A stretch of 64,000 bases of DNA, taken from contig CAVXWZ010000002.1 of assembly GCA_963765575.1 (NCBI GenBank), positions 352,001 to 416,000 on the forward strand, written 5' to 3'. Positions 1 through 9,691 of this stretch are shown piece by piece. The notes under the pieces were generated by a model. The model was not told the DNA's origin and searched no databases. It was given only the letters and a program-made list of their open reading frames with translations. Source of the stretch: an uncultured cyanobacterium. Its GTDB lineage: Bacteria > Cyanobacteriota > Cyanobacteriia > PCC-6307 > Cyanobiaceae. Made by a program: the position numbers and the translations under genes. Each line of letters opens with the position of its first letter. The first letter of the stretch is position 1.

Positions 1-1286
1 CCCTCCTGCTTCTTTGTCGTGGTATCTTCAATCACGGTGATCGCGTCGTCTACAACCAACCCGGTGGCCAGCACCAGTCCGAAAAGGGTGAGCTGATTGA
101 GCGAGAATCCTGCCACCAGGACACCTGCAAAGGTTCCGATCAGGGCAACTGGGATCGCGATTCCCGGTACCAGCGTTGATTTCCAATCCTGTAGAAAAAG
201 AAACAGCACCAGGACCACCAACACCACCGCATCACGCAGGGCATCGGCCACACCGCGAATGGAAGCATTGATGAAGTCGGTGGTGTCATAGATCTTCTCC
301 ACTTTGATGCCGGGTGGCAGTGTGGCAACGAAGTCATCAACAACCTGCTGAACACCCGAAGAGACGTCCACCGCATTGCTACCACTCAACTGATACAGAG
401 CCATTCCCACTGAAGGAACCCCGTTCAGGTCTGTGGCGGAAATGTTGAAAGTTTCACCACCGAGTGAAACGCGCCCCACATCCTTTAGTCGCACCAGAGA
501 TCCATCCCCCATGCGCTTGAGGATCATATTTTCGAACTCTTCCAGCGAACGCAACCTGCCCTGCAGTTGGACCGTGAAGGTGAACGGTTGCCCCTGGGGT
601 GAGGGTTCACCACCCACCTGGCCCGCTGGCACCAGCCGATTCTGACTCTGCAGGGCCGCACGCACATCTGCAGATGTGAGGTCATTGGAGATGAGTTGAT
701 TGGGATCCAGCCAGATCCTGTAGGCCAGCTGTCGGTTGCCGAAATAGGTCAGCGATCCGACGCCCCTGACACGACGGATAGGGTCGGTGAGATTCTGATC
801 AAGAATCCCCGAGAGATATTCAGCACTAAAGGGATTTTCCGCGTCTTCGGATGTAAAGTTATAAACGAGTAGGATAGAGTTTGATGCCTTCTCGACCGTG
901 ACGCCCGTCTGGCGAACTTCCTGGGGCAGCCTCGGCTCAGCGAGAGAAACCTTGTTCTGAACGTTGACCTGATTAATATCGCCATCCGTGCCACTAGCGA
1001 ATGAAACGGTGATACTGGAAACACCATCCGCCGAGCTGTTGGAGGTAATGAACTCCATGTCCTGAACACCATTGATCTGCTGCTCAAGCACCGACGTGAC
1101 CCCTTCCTCCACGGATGTGGCATCCGCGCCTGGATAGGTGGCCCTCACCGTGACCGTGGGGGGGGCGATGTCAGGGAGGTTCTCCACCGGCAGCACCGGT
1201 ATGGAGATCAGACCGACGAGCACAATCAGCAGGCTGCAGACAGTGGTCAGGACTGGTCGGGTGATGAAATTGTTGGAAGGAGACAT
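1..1286 (-). CDS. RND efflux transporter permease subunit (AcrB/HAE1 family), 5' part; runs off the window edge
   Basis: Manual translation: starts MSPSNNFITRPVLTTVCS, and the same frame reaches the TM4 motif GLVVDDAITVIED at the window start. Not in the ORF track because it is truncated. Confidence 0.93.
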   Translation of the reverse strand, partial: MSPSNNFITRPVLTTVCSLLIVLVGLISIPVLPVENLPDIAPPTVTVRATYPGADATSVEEGVTSVLEQQINGVQDMEFITSNSSADGVSSITVSFASGTDGDINQVNVQNKVSLAEPRLPQEVRQTGVTVEKASNSILLVYNFTSEDAENPFSAEYLSGILDQNLTDPIRRVRGVGSLTYFGNRQLAYRIWLDPNQLISNDLTSADVRAALQSQNRLVPAGQVGGEPSPQGQPFTFTVQLQGRLRSLEEFENMILKRMGDGSLVRLKDVGRVSLGGETFNISATDLNGVPSVGMALYQLSGSNAVDVSSGVQQVVDDFVATLPPGIKVEKIYDTTDFINASIRGVADALRDAVVLVVLVLFLFLQDWKSTLVPGIAIPVALIGTFAGVLVAGFSLNQLTLFGLVLATGLVVDDAITVIEDTTTKKQE

Positions 1287-1297
1287 TGCTCAGGGCC

Positions 1298-2392
1298 TCA
1301 CTTCACAAACACCGGCGTTCCATGCCGGAGTTTGATCAGATTGGTGGTGATCACCCGCTCTCCCTGCTGCAGGCCCTTGAGCACCGGGTAGCGATCGCCC
1401 TGCACAGAGCCCAGTTCCACTGGGGTTTGCAGCGCATAGGTGCCGTCAGCGGCCAATGAAGCCAGCTGATCCTGGTTGAGTTGCCCAGGATTGGCCTTGA
1501 GATCCTCGAGGCTGCCAACACGGAACACGAAGCTCTGTCCCGAAGTTTGGGTGGCGGCGCTGAAGGGAATCGACAGCTGCTGGCGGGTTTCGAAGACCAG
1601 CCGGGTGCGCAGACGCATGCCATTGCGCAGGTTCGGCCCGGGATTCTGGAATGGCATCGTCACCAGCAAGCCCTGGGTGTCGGCGGTCACATTGGGATCC
1701 ACAAAGCTCACCTGACCGCTGGCCAGGGTGCCCCCTCCGGTGGGGGACTCCACGAACACCTGCTGGCCACGCCGGACGCGAGAGGCGTACACCGCCGGGA
1801 CTTCGACACGGACCTGGAGGCGGTCGTTGCGGATCAGGCTGGTGAATGGGGCGCCTTCGCTGATCACATCCCCCACCTTCACCTGCACGTCACTGACGAC
1901 ACCCGTGATCGGTGCACGCAGATCCTTGAAGCCGAGATCGGCTTGGCGGGCCACCACATTGGCCTGCGACTGCACAAAGGCCTCCCGAAAGCGGTCCCTC
2001 TGAAAGGCGCTTGCCGCACCCTGCTCCTCCAGGAATTCGAAGCGCCTGAAGTCGATCCGGTTCTGCTCCATGGTGGCGCGGGCGGACGCCAGCTCAGCCC
2101 GCAGCTGGGTCTGATCCAGCACCACCAGCAGCTGGCCAGCCTGAACCACATCGCCTTCGCTCACGAGAAGCTGTTCGATGCGGCCGCCGGCACGGGCGGC
2201 TAGGGACACCTTGGCCACCGACTCCAGGGTGCCGACGGTGTTGAGCTGGTCGGCAAACGGTGCCGCCGCCACCGGCATGCCCTCAACGGACACTACGGCC
2301 GCCTGTGGTGTCTCCTGCTTACCGCCACAGGCCACCAGAACAGGCAGAGCCAAGCTGGTCAGGGCCATGGAGGAAATCCTGCGAACGAGCAC
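1298..2392 (-). CDS. RND efflux periplasmic adaptor (membrane fusion protein), lipoprotein
   Basis: Lipobox LVAC, barrel-sandwich motifs (GGRIEQLLVSEGDVVQAGQLL; LRAPITGVV); directly upstream of the permease. Confidence 0.92.
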   Translation of the reverse strand: MLVRRISSMALTSLALPVLVACGGKQETPQAAVVSVEGMPVAAAPFADQLNTVGTLESVAKVSLAARAGGRIEQLLVSEGDVVQAGQLLVVLDQTQLRAELASARATMEQNRIDFRRFEFLEEQGAASAFQRDRFREAFVQSQANVVARQADLGFKDLRAPITGVVSDVQVKVGDVISEGAPFTSLIRNDRLQVRVEVPAVYASRVRRGQQVFVESPTGGGTLASGQVSFVDPNVTADTQGLLVTMPFQNPGPNLRNGMRLRTRLVFETRQQLSIPFSAATQTSGQSFVFRVGSLEDLKANPGQLNQDQLASLAADGTYALQTPVELGSVQGDRYPVLKGLQQGERVITTNLIKLRHGTPVFVK

Positions 2393-2520
2393 TCACCACC
2401 AGCAAACGGAGTCATTGTGACGGCAGATCGGCGCGCGGGCGACCCTTATGTCGCGCTCCGGAATCCAATGGCCAGGCAGGGCTGCCGGTGGAGAGCAGGT
2501 CCAGGGGATGATGGACAGCG

Positions 2521-4746
2521 GTGACCGACCTCTTCAGCCACCAACGCGATTCGCGCCTGCGTCAGCTGGCGCCCCTGGCGGATCGGTTGCGCCCCCGCAC
2601 ACTGGACGAGTTTGTGGGCCAGGAGGCGATCCTCGGGCCCGGCCGGCTGCTGCGCCGCGCCATCACCGCGGACCGGGTGGGCAACCTGATCCTGCACGGC
2701 CCCCCCGGGGTGGGCAAGACCACCCTGGCGCGGATTATCGCCGGCACCACCCGCGCCCATTTCAGCAGCCTCAACGCGGTGCTGGCCGGGGTGAAGGATC
2801 TGCGCGCGGAGGTGGACGCCGCCCGCCAGCGGCTGGAGCTGCACGGCCTGCGCACGACGCTGTTCATCGATGAGGTGCACCGCTTCAACACCGCCCAGCA
2901 GGACGCCCTGCTCCCCTGGGTGGAGAACGGCACCGTGAACCTGATCGGGGCCACCACCGAAAACCCGTTCTTTGAAGTGAACAAGGCGCTGGTGAGCCGC
3001 TCGCGTCTGTTTCGCATGCAGCCCCTCGAACAGCGGCACCTGCACCTGCTGCTGGAGCGGGCCCTGGCCGATCCCGACCGGGGCTACGGCGAGCGGACCG
3101 TGACGATCGGCGCCGAGGCGGCGGCACACCTGGTGGACGTGGCCGGCGGCGATGCCCGCAGCCTGCTCAACGCCCTGGAACTGGCGGTGGAGACCACGGA
3201 GCCCGATGGCAACGGCACCATCGCCATCGATCTGGCGATCGCCGAGGAATCGATCCAGCAGCGGGCGGTGCTCTACGACAAGCAGGGAGACGCCCACTTC
3301 GACACCATCAGCGCCTTCATCAAGTCGCTGCGCGGCAGCGATGCCGACGCCGCCCTGTTCTGGCTGGCGCGGATGGTGGAGGCGGGTGAGAACCCCCGCT
3401 TCATCTTTCGCCGCATGCTCATCGCCGCCGGCGAGGACATCGGCCTGGCCGATCCCCAGGCCATTGTGGTGGTGGAGGCCTGCGCGGCGGCCTTCGAGCG
3501 GGTCGGCCTGCCGGAGGGGCTCTATCCCCTGGCCCAGGCGGCCCTGTATCTGGCCGGGGCGGAGAAGAGCAACAGCATCCTCGGCTTCTTCGATGCGGTG
3601 AAGAGCGTGCGCGCCACCAGCCGCCAGCAGGTTCCCGCCCACCTCCGGGACGCCAACCGCGACGGCCGCGCCTTCGGCGATGGGGTGGGCTACCGCTACC
3701 CCCACGCCTACGGGGAGCACTGGGTGGCCCAGCAGTACCTGCCCAGCCAGCTGCAGGGCGAGGTGTTCTGGCAGCCGGGTCAGCTGGGCTGGGAGGGTGC
3801 CCTGCGCCAGCGCCTGCAACAGCGTCGGGCCGCCCAGCTGGCGGCGGCGGCCGAAACGGCCCACGAACGGGGAAGCGACGTGCTCAGCAGCGGGCCGGAT
3901 GATCCCCAGCTGGAGCGCTGGCTGCAGCGGCAGGCGGCCAGCGAGGGCGCCCGCCTCGACAACCTGCGGCAACGCTTCTGGGCTGGGGCTGCCTGGCAGC
4001 GCCACGATCGGGTGCTGCTGCTCGATGGCCGCTCCCTGCTCTGGGCCCTGGACCCGCTCCAGGCCACCCCGGAGGGCGGAGTCACGATCGTGGTGGCTGA
4101 CGAAGCCGTGGCCGAGCGCCTGCGGGCCCAGCTGCAGGTGCTGGATACGCTGCGCAGGCCCGATCTGGTGGTGTCAGCCGATCAGCCCCCGGCCAGCCTG
4201 GCGGCAGCCTGCGGCGGCGGGACCTTCGAGTGGATCGCGATGCGGCGGGTGGGGCAGGAGCCGAGCTTGAGGTGGATCCAGGGCTGGCTGCGGGCACGCA
4301 TGCCCCTGCTGGCAGCGCAGGGCCAGTGGCGTCTGCTGTTCAGCCAGCCGCTGCTCGGGCCGGTGAGCGCCCTGGTCAGGGAGCAATCCCCGCAGCCGGA
4401 TGCAGCCGACCCCCTGGGGCAAGCGCTGGCGGCCGAGAGCGCTGCAGTGCAAGAGCAGGCGCTCGGCCTGAGTCGCTGGGAGGGTGCGCTCAACGCTGAA
4501 GGCCTGTCGCTGCAGTCGGAGACCTGGAATGAAACCCTCGAACTGAAGCTCGACGAGGGCCTGCTGGCCCGCTGGCTTGATCCGGCAGGGGCCTACCGCC
4601 GCCAGCTCAGGGGCCTCAGCGATTCCGCCTTCAACAGTGTGGGCAAGCAGCTGGGCCGCCATGAAGGACAGCGTGTGCCCCAGGAACTGCGGCACACGCT
4701 GATGGTGGCCCGCAGGCCATCGGCTTCATCATCCCAGCGGCGTTAG
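2521..4746 (+). CDS. rarA: Replication-associated recombination AAA+ ATPase RarA/MgsA with C-terminal extension
   Basis: PLADRLRPRTLDEFVGQ, Walker A GPPGVGKTT, Walker B FIDEVHRF, ATTENP, SAFIKSLRGSD. Confidence 0.92.
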   Translation: MTDLFSHQRDSRLRQLAPLADRLRPRTLDEFVGQEAILGPGRLLRRAITADRVGNLILHGPPGVGKTTLARIIAGTTRAHFSSLNAVLAGVKDLRAEVDAARQRLELHGLRTTLFIDEVHRFNTAQQDALLPWVENGTVNLIGATTENPFFEVNKALVSRSRLFRMQPLEQRHLHLLLERALADPDRGYGERTVTIGAEAAAHLVDVAGGDARSLLNALELAVETTEPDGNGTIAIDLAIAEESIQQRAVLYDKQGDAHFDTISAFIKSLRGSDADAALFWLARMVEAGENPRFIFRRMLIAAGEDIGLADPQAIVVVEACAAAFERVGLPEGLYPLAQAALYLAGAEKSNSILGFFDAVKSVRATSRQQVPAHLRDANRDGRAFGDGVGYRYPHAYGEHWVAQQYLPSQLQGEVFWQPGQLGWEGALRQRLQQRRAAQLAAAAETAHERGSDVLSSGPDDPQLERWLQRQAASEGARLDNLRQRFWAGAAWQRHDRVLLLDGRSLLWALDPLQATPEGGVTIVVADEAVAERLRAQLQVLDTLRRPDLVVSADQPPASLAAACGGGTFEWIAMRRVGQEPSLRWIQGWLRARMPLLAAQGQWRLLFSQPLLGPVSALVREQSPQPDAADPLGQALAAESAAVQEQALGLSRWEGALNAEGLSLQSETWNETLELKLDEGLLARWLDPAGAYRRQLRGLSDSAFNSVGKQLGRHEGQRVPQELRHTLMVARRPSASSSQRR

Positions 4747-4765
4747 AGCGCCGCTGGGAGCTGGA

Positions 4766-5464
4766 TCACCAGAGGCCGCGGATGACCTGAGGCTGGGGCA
4801 TCATCGGCTGGGGAGCTGGGGTGGTGCGACGCACCTCGGCAACAGGAGCGGATTCCTGGTTGGCCTCGATGCAGGCCGGGAGGAAGACGTACCAGGAGAG
4901 CAGGGAGGTGCACTGGGCCTCACCCTGGCACTGGCCCTCAGCACAGACGTTCTGGGAGCCGGTGTAGGTGCCGCAGAAATCGGCCAGGCGCATGTCCACC
5001 GGCAGATTGGTCATGATCCCGGCCGAAGAGATGCTGCCATCACTGGCGTCAGCGATGATCGCCGAGCGCAGGGCCTGAACCGAATACTCGGTCTTGCTGT
5101 GGTACGGGAAGTAGCTGGTGGTCTGGTTCTTCAGGAAGCGCACACCCTCGTCGGAGTAGAGGAAGCGGTGCACCCCGATCAAGTCGACGTCGTACGACTT
5201 TTGGAGGCCCTCGCGCACCTCGTCGTCGCTCCAGCCGGAGAGATCGAGACCGCCCCGCAGACCCCGGTCAGTGACCTCACCGGTTTCGAGGAAGGTGGTC
5301 ATGGCCTCGGCGTCGGTGGACCAGACGGCCCCACCGGTGTTCCAACGCACGGGCAGGTCGTTGTCGACGGCGGCGGAAGCGGGCAGGGCGGAGGCCGTGA
5401 GTGCCGAGCCCACCACGAGGCCGGCCAGCAGATGCTTGATCACGGGAGCAGAAGGTGGATGCAT
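4766..5464 (-). CDS. Exported conserved picocyanobacterial protein (DUF1400-like), Cys-rich, Pro-rich tail ending IRGLW
   Basis: Signal peptide (KHLLAGLVVGSALTASALPASA), GC3-rich codon use; start at ATG 5464 or GTG 5443. Confidence 0.7.
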   Translation of the reverse strand: MHPPSAPVIKHLLAGLVVGSALTASALPASAAVDNDLPVRWNTGGAVWSTDAEAMTTFLETGEVTDRGLRGGLDLSGWSDDEVREGLQKSYDVDLIGVHRFLYSDEGVRFLKNQTTSYFPYHSKTEYSVQALRSAIIADASDGSISSAGIMTNLPVDMRLADFCGTYTGSQNVCAEGQCQGEAQCTSLLSWYVFLPACIEANQESAPVAEVRRTTPAPQPMMPQPQVIRGLW

Positions 5465-5532
5465 TCCGGAATCTAAACAGCACTGACAGATCTGCCAACG
5501 AGCCGCAAGTTGGATCAAGACATCGACACAAT

Positions 5533-5570
5533 CCACCGCTCGTGATGCCCACCGCTCGTGATGCCCACCG
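5533..5570. repeat. 16-bp tandem repeat CCACCGCTCGTGATGC x2.4
   Basis: Exact copies at 5533-5548 and 5549-5564, plus a partial CCACCG, in a divergent intergenic region. Confidence 0.9.
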
Positions 5571-5706
5571 GGCTGATCCAAAAGAGATGCATGTCAAGGG
5601 TCGGTTTCCGCCCTGGAGCCGTGCCGGGGCGCTGCCCACCGCCGGCGACTGGGCCCTGATCCAGGCGCACCTCCCCTAGGCTCCGGCCACCCTCATCCCC
5701 CCTCTG

Positions 5707-6174
5707 ATGGCCCTGGAGCCCGGCGCCAGCGCACCCGATTTCTCCCTTCCTGATCAGGACGGCAACGCCGTGAGCCTTGCCGACCTGCGCGGGCAACGGG
5801 TGGTGATTTACTTCTACCCCAAGGACGACACGCCAGGCTGCACCAAAGAAGCCTGCAACTTTCGTGACCAGTGGAGCGCCTTCGAGCAGCACGGCATCAA
5901 AGTGCTGGGGATCAGCAAGGACGGCGCCGCCAGCCATACCAAGTTCATCGCCAAATACGAGCTGCCCTTCACCCTGCTCACGGACGCTGAACCCTGTCCG
6001 GTGGCCACGGCCTACGGCAGCTATGGCCCCAAGACCTTCATGGGCCGCGACTACATGGGCATGATGCGGCACACCTTCGTGGTGGACCCCGACGGCCTGG
6101 TCGAGCGCGTCTACACCAAGGTGAAGGCCGAGACCATGGCCGACATGATCCTCAGCGACCTGGGCCTCAGCTGA
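5707..6174 (+). CDS. bcp: Thioredoxin-dependent thiol peroxidase (BCP/PrxQ)
   Basis: YFYPKDDTPGCTKEACNFRD motif. Confidence 0.95.
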   Translation: MALEPGASAPDFSLPDQDGNAVSLADLRGQRVVIYFYPKDDTPGCTKEACNFRDQWSAFEQHGIKVLGISKDGAASHTKFIAKYELPFTLLTDAEPCPVATAYGSYGPKTFMGRDYMGMMRHTFVVDPDGLVERVYTKVKAETMADMILSDLGLS

Positions 6175-6943
6175 GCTCGCTCGGGGTGCTGAGGCCCGCC
6201 AGGGCCTGGAGCGCCAGGCAGGGCGCATAGGCACTCCCCAGTCGTGCCGCAATCCAGGCGCCATCGCCGCCGGTGATCCAGAGCCGGCAGTCGGCCTGGC
6301 TGGCGCGGGCCTGCTGCCAGGCCTGACCCACGGCCGCCACCAGCCCTTCCCTCACCCCCAGGTCCATGGCTGCGGCGGTGGCCCGGGGCCAGGGAGTGGG
6401 GGGGGCGCTGGCCGCATCGCGAGGCTGCTCCCGGGCGGCGGTGGGCAGGGCGGGAAGCTGATCGGTCCCGCTGGCCAGCGCACGCAACTGCAGCGCCAGG
6501 CCGGCCTGGATGCGACCGCCCACGAAACACCCGCGGCCATCCACCAGGGTGAAGCTCAGGGCGGTGCCGGCATCGACCACGAGCACGGGCGCGTGGCTGG
6601 ATCGCCAGGCCTGCCAGCCCACCAGGGCCCGATCGATCCCCAGCCAGGGGGGCAGCTGCTGAAGCGGTACCCGGCTGAGCGTGATCCGGGAGCGCCGCTC
6701 CAGCCCAGCATTCGGCGGCAGCGGGCCGACCGCCGCCCAGCCCAGCAGCTGTGGCCAGCGCTGGGGCCGCTCGGGCTCGGCCCTGTCGTCCCCCTGGCGG
6801 GGTGGCGGCACGCTCCAGCAATGCAGTCGCTCCGGCCCGGGGTGGGCGAAGTGCCAGCGGCTGTTGCCGATCAGCAGCCAGCGGGCCGATCCAGGGGCCT
6901 TGCTAGGCCCGGGACCGGCGCCATCGCCATCAGATGCCTTCAC
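6167..6943 (-). CDS. coaX: Type III pantothenate kinase
   Basis: LLIGNSRWH, GIDR, VVDAGTALS, GGRI, ITGGDG motifs. Confidence 0.88.
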   Translation of the reverse strand: MKASDGDGAGPGPSKAPGSARWLLIGNSRWHFAHPGPERLHCWSVPPPRQGDDRAEPERPQRWPQLLGWAAVGPLPPNAGLERRSRITLSRVPLQQLPPWLGIDRALVGWQAWRSSHAPVLVVDAGTALSFTLVDGRGCFVGGRIQAGLALQLRALASGTDQLPALPTAAREQPRDAASAPPTPWPRATAAAMDLGVREGLVAAVGQAWQQARASQADCRLWITGGDGAWIAARLGSAYAPCLALQALAGLSTPSELS

Positions 6944-7697
6944 CCATCAGGCCGGGCAGGTGGATGCCGCACTCCTGCTTGAGACCCCCGAAGCGGGTCT
7001 GGCGACCGTTCTGGGAGCCGTTGTCAGGGGCGCTGGAGTGCCAGTCGCCGACGCTGGAATACCCCTGCTCAAAGAGGGGGTGCTGGGGCAGGTCGTGGTC
7101 CTGCATGTAGTAAAAAATATCGCGGTGCGTCCAGCTCAACAGCGGGCGCAGTGACCAGCTCTGGCGCACGCCATCAAGCACCGCCATGGAACGGCGGTGG
7201 TCGGTCTGGCTGCCGCGGACGCCGCTGGCCCAGCAGGTGACCCCGAGGGCGCGGAGGGCGCGGTCCAGGGGCTCCACCTTGCGAATCCGGTGGTAGAGCT
7301 CCATATCCTCCACTCGCCCCGTCTCCCAGAGACGGCCGTGCAGGGCCTCCATGCGGGCAGGGCTCATCTCCGCCTGGGCCACATGCAGGTCGAGCTGGAG
7401 CAGGTCGCGGATCTGTTCGGCGTAGCGGTAGGTCTCGGCTGGCAGATACCCCGTATCCACCCACACCACCGGCACGACGCAGCCCCGCTCGCGGGCCAGG
7501 CGGGTGACCAGATGCAGCAGCACCGCTGACTGGATGCCGAAGCTGGTGGTGATCGCAAAGCCATCGGCAAAGCGCTCCTGCGCCCAGCGCAGCCGCCCGT
7601 AGGCATCGCGCTCCGCCAGCAACTCACGGGCTGCCTCTAAAACCACGGGCTGGCCCTCGTGGTCGCGGGGGAGGGTCTGGGCCGGGGCGGTGACCAT
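6930..7697 (-). CDS. cysH: Phosphoadenylyl-sulfate (PAPS) reductase
   Basis: TSFGIQSAV, VDTGY, RKVEPL, GYSSVGD, C-terminal ECGIH. Confidence 0.95.
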   Translation of the reverse strand: MVTAPAQTLPRDHEGQPVVLEAARELLAERDAYGRLRWAQERFADGFAITTSFGIQSAVLLHLVTRLARERGCVVPVVWVDTGYLPAETYRYAEQIRDLLQLDLHVAQAEMSPARMEALHGRLWETGRVEDMELYHRIRKVEPLDRALRALGVTCWASGVRGSQTDHRRSMAVLDGVRQSWSLRPLLSWTHRDIFYYMQDHDLPQHPLFEQGYSSVGDWHSSAPDNGSQNGRQTRFGGLKQECGIHLPGLMGEGI

Positions 7698-7748
7698 GGC
7701 GCCATCATCACTCCCTGACCGCAGCGCTGGTTAGGGTTCAGCTCAGAG

Positions 7749-9053
7749 ATGCGCGAACCCGCAGCGATGACCCGCACGGATCCGCAGCTTCCAGATCCAC
7801 CCAGCAACGGGACGCAGACCACCGCAGCGGCCGAGACCCAGGCCAGCGACGGGCCGGCGATCAACAGCGACCCGGTCGTGATTGTGGGCGGTGGTTTCGC
7901 AGGGCTCTACACGGCCCTGGCCCTCTCCGAACAGGGCAGCCACCCCCCCCTGCTGCTGATCGAGCCGGGGGAGTGTTTCCTGTTCCTGCCCCTGCTCTAT
8001 GAACTGCTCAGCGACGAGTTGCGGAGCTGGGAAATCGCCCCCCGCTACGACGCCCTGCTCGCCGGCCGTGGCGTGGCCTGGCTGCAGGACCGGGTGGTGG
8101 CCATCGACGCCGGCCAGCGGCGCCTGCAGACGGCCGGTGGCCGGGAGCTGGGCTTCGGCCAGTTGGTGCTGGCCACGGGAGCCCGCACCCACAGTTTCGG
8201 CATTCCCGGGGTGGTGGAACACAGCCTGGGCTTCCGCAGCCTGGCCGATGTGGAGCGCCTCAAAGGGGTGGTCCAGCGCCTGCGGCACGAGCGCCGCCCC
8301 CTGCAGCGGCTGGCCGTGGTGGGCGCCGGCCCCAGCGGCGTGGAACTGGCCTGCAAGCTGGCCGACCTGCTCGACGGCGCCGCCGTGGTGGAGCTGATCG
8401 AGCAGGGGCCGATGGCGCTTCCCCAGGCCCGGGCCTTCAACCGTGAGCAGGCCAGCCTGGCCCTGCAGCGCCGGGATGTGCGCCTGCGCTGCGGCTGCCG
8501 GGTGCTGGAGGTGGGCGCCGACCACCTGGCGCTCGACACCAGCACCGGGCCGGAGCGGCTGGCCGTGGATGCGGTGGTGTGGACCGCCGGCCTCGACTTC
8601 GCGCCACCGGCCATCGAGCCCCAACCCGCCCGCGATCGCCGCGGAAGGCTGCTGGTGGAGCCCACCCTGCAGCTGCGCGGGCAGTCCCACCTGTTCGCCG
8701 CCGGTGACATCGCCTGCCCGGCCGGCGAGAGCGAAGACATGGGCGGGGGCGAGAGCGCCGACCCCTCGCCGCCCCTGCCCGCCACCGCCCAGGTGGCCTT
8801 TCAGCAGGCCACCTGCCTGGCGGACAACCTGATGCGGGCCCGGCGGGGGGAGACCCTGCAGCCGTTCCGCTTCCAGGATCTCGGCGAGATGATCAGCCTC
8901 GGCCGGGGCGAGGCCAGCCTCGTGGCCGCTGGCTTCACCCTCGCAGGCGGGGCCGCTTTTCAGCTGCGCCGCCTGGCCTACCTGTCGCGGCTGCCGGGCC
9001 GGACCCACCAGCTCAAGGTTGCCGCCGGCTGGCTGGCCGACTGGCAGCGATGA
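7749..9053 (+). CDS. Type-2 NADH dehydrogenase-like FAD oxidoreductase
   Basis: GGGFAG and GAGPSGVELA Rossmann motifs, FAAGDIA, PATAQVAFQQ; true start may be at 7768 or later. Confidence 0.87.
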   Translation: MREPAAMTRTDPQLPDPPSNGTQTTAAAETQASDGPAINSDPVVIVGGGFAGLYTALALSEQGSHPPLLLIEPGECFLFLPLLYELLSDELRSWEIAPRYDALLAGRGVAWLQDRVVAIDAGQRRLQTAGGRELGFGQLVLATGARTHSFGIPGVVEHSLGFRSLADVERLKGVVQRLRHERRPLQRLAVVGAGPSGVELACKLADLLDGAAVVELIEQGPMALPQARAFNREQASLALQRRDVRLRCGCRVLEVGADHLALDTSTGPERLAVDAVVWTAGLDFAPPAIEPQPARDRRGRLLVEPTLQLRGQSHLFAAGDIACPAGESEDMGGGESADPSPPLPATAQVAFQQATCLADNLMRARRGETLQPFRFQDLGEMISLGRGEASLVAAGFTLAGGAAFQLRRLAYLSRLPGRTHQLKVAAGWLADWQR

Positions 9054-9691
9054 GCCGCGGCCAGCCCCCCCGCGGCCTGCTGTTCGATGCGATGGGCACC
9101 TTGATCGGCCTGCGCGAAGCGGTGGGTCGCACCTATGCCCGGGCAGCAGAACGCCATGGGATCACGGTGGCGCCTGAGGCGCTGGAGCGGGCGTTCCGCA
9201 ACGCCTATCGCCAGGCCCCGCCGCTGGCGTTCCCCGGGCTCAGCGGCGGTGCTCTGCACAGCGCCGAACTGGGCTGGTGGGGCGACCGCATCAGCGCCAC
9301 CCTGGCCGAGGCCGGCGCTCCGCCAGCCCCCGAGGAGCTGGTGCGGGAGCTGTTCGCGCACTACGCCAACCCTGCCTGCTGGCACGTCTATGACGACGTG
9401 GCCGCTCACCTGGAGCGCTGGCATGGCAGTGGCCTGGGGCTGGCAGTGGTGAGCAATTTCGACAGCCGGCTGGAGGGTCTGCTGGAGGGGCTGGGGCTGG
9501 CCCGCTGGCTGACCCTGGTGGTGGTCTCCAGTGCCGCCGGCGCCGCCAAGCCCCATCCCGCTCCCTTCCGTCTGGCGCTGGAGGGCCTCAACCTCAGCCC
9601 CAACCAGGCCTGGCATGTGGGCGACAGCCCCGAGGATGTCCAGGGAGCGGCGGCAGCGGGCCTGCGCTGCCTGCTGGTGCGCCGTTCTTGA
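9050..9691 (+). CDS. HAD-IA family hydrolase
   Basis: LLFDAMGTL, VVSNFD, AKPHP, HVGDSPED; ATGA overlap with the upstream gene. Confidence 0.9.
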   Translation: MSRGQPPRGLLFDAMGTLIGLREAVGRTYARAAERHGITVAPEALERAFRNAYRQAPPLAFPGLSGGALHSAELGWWGDRISATLAEAGAPPAPEELVRELFAHYANPACWHVYDDVAAHLERWHGSGLGLAVVSNFDSRLEGLLEGLGLARWLTLVVVSSAAGAAKPHPAPFRLALEGLNLSPNQAWHVGDSPEDVQGAAAAGLRCLLVRRS

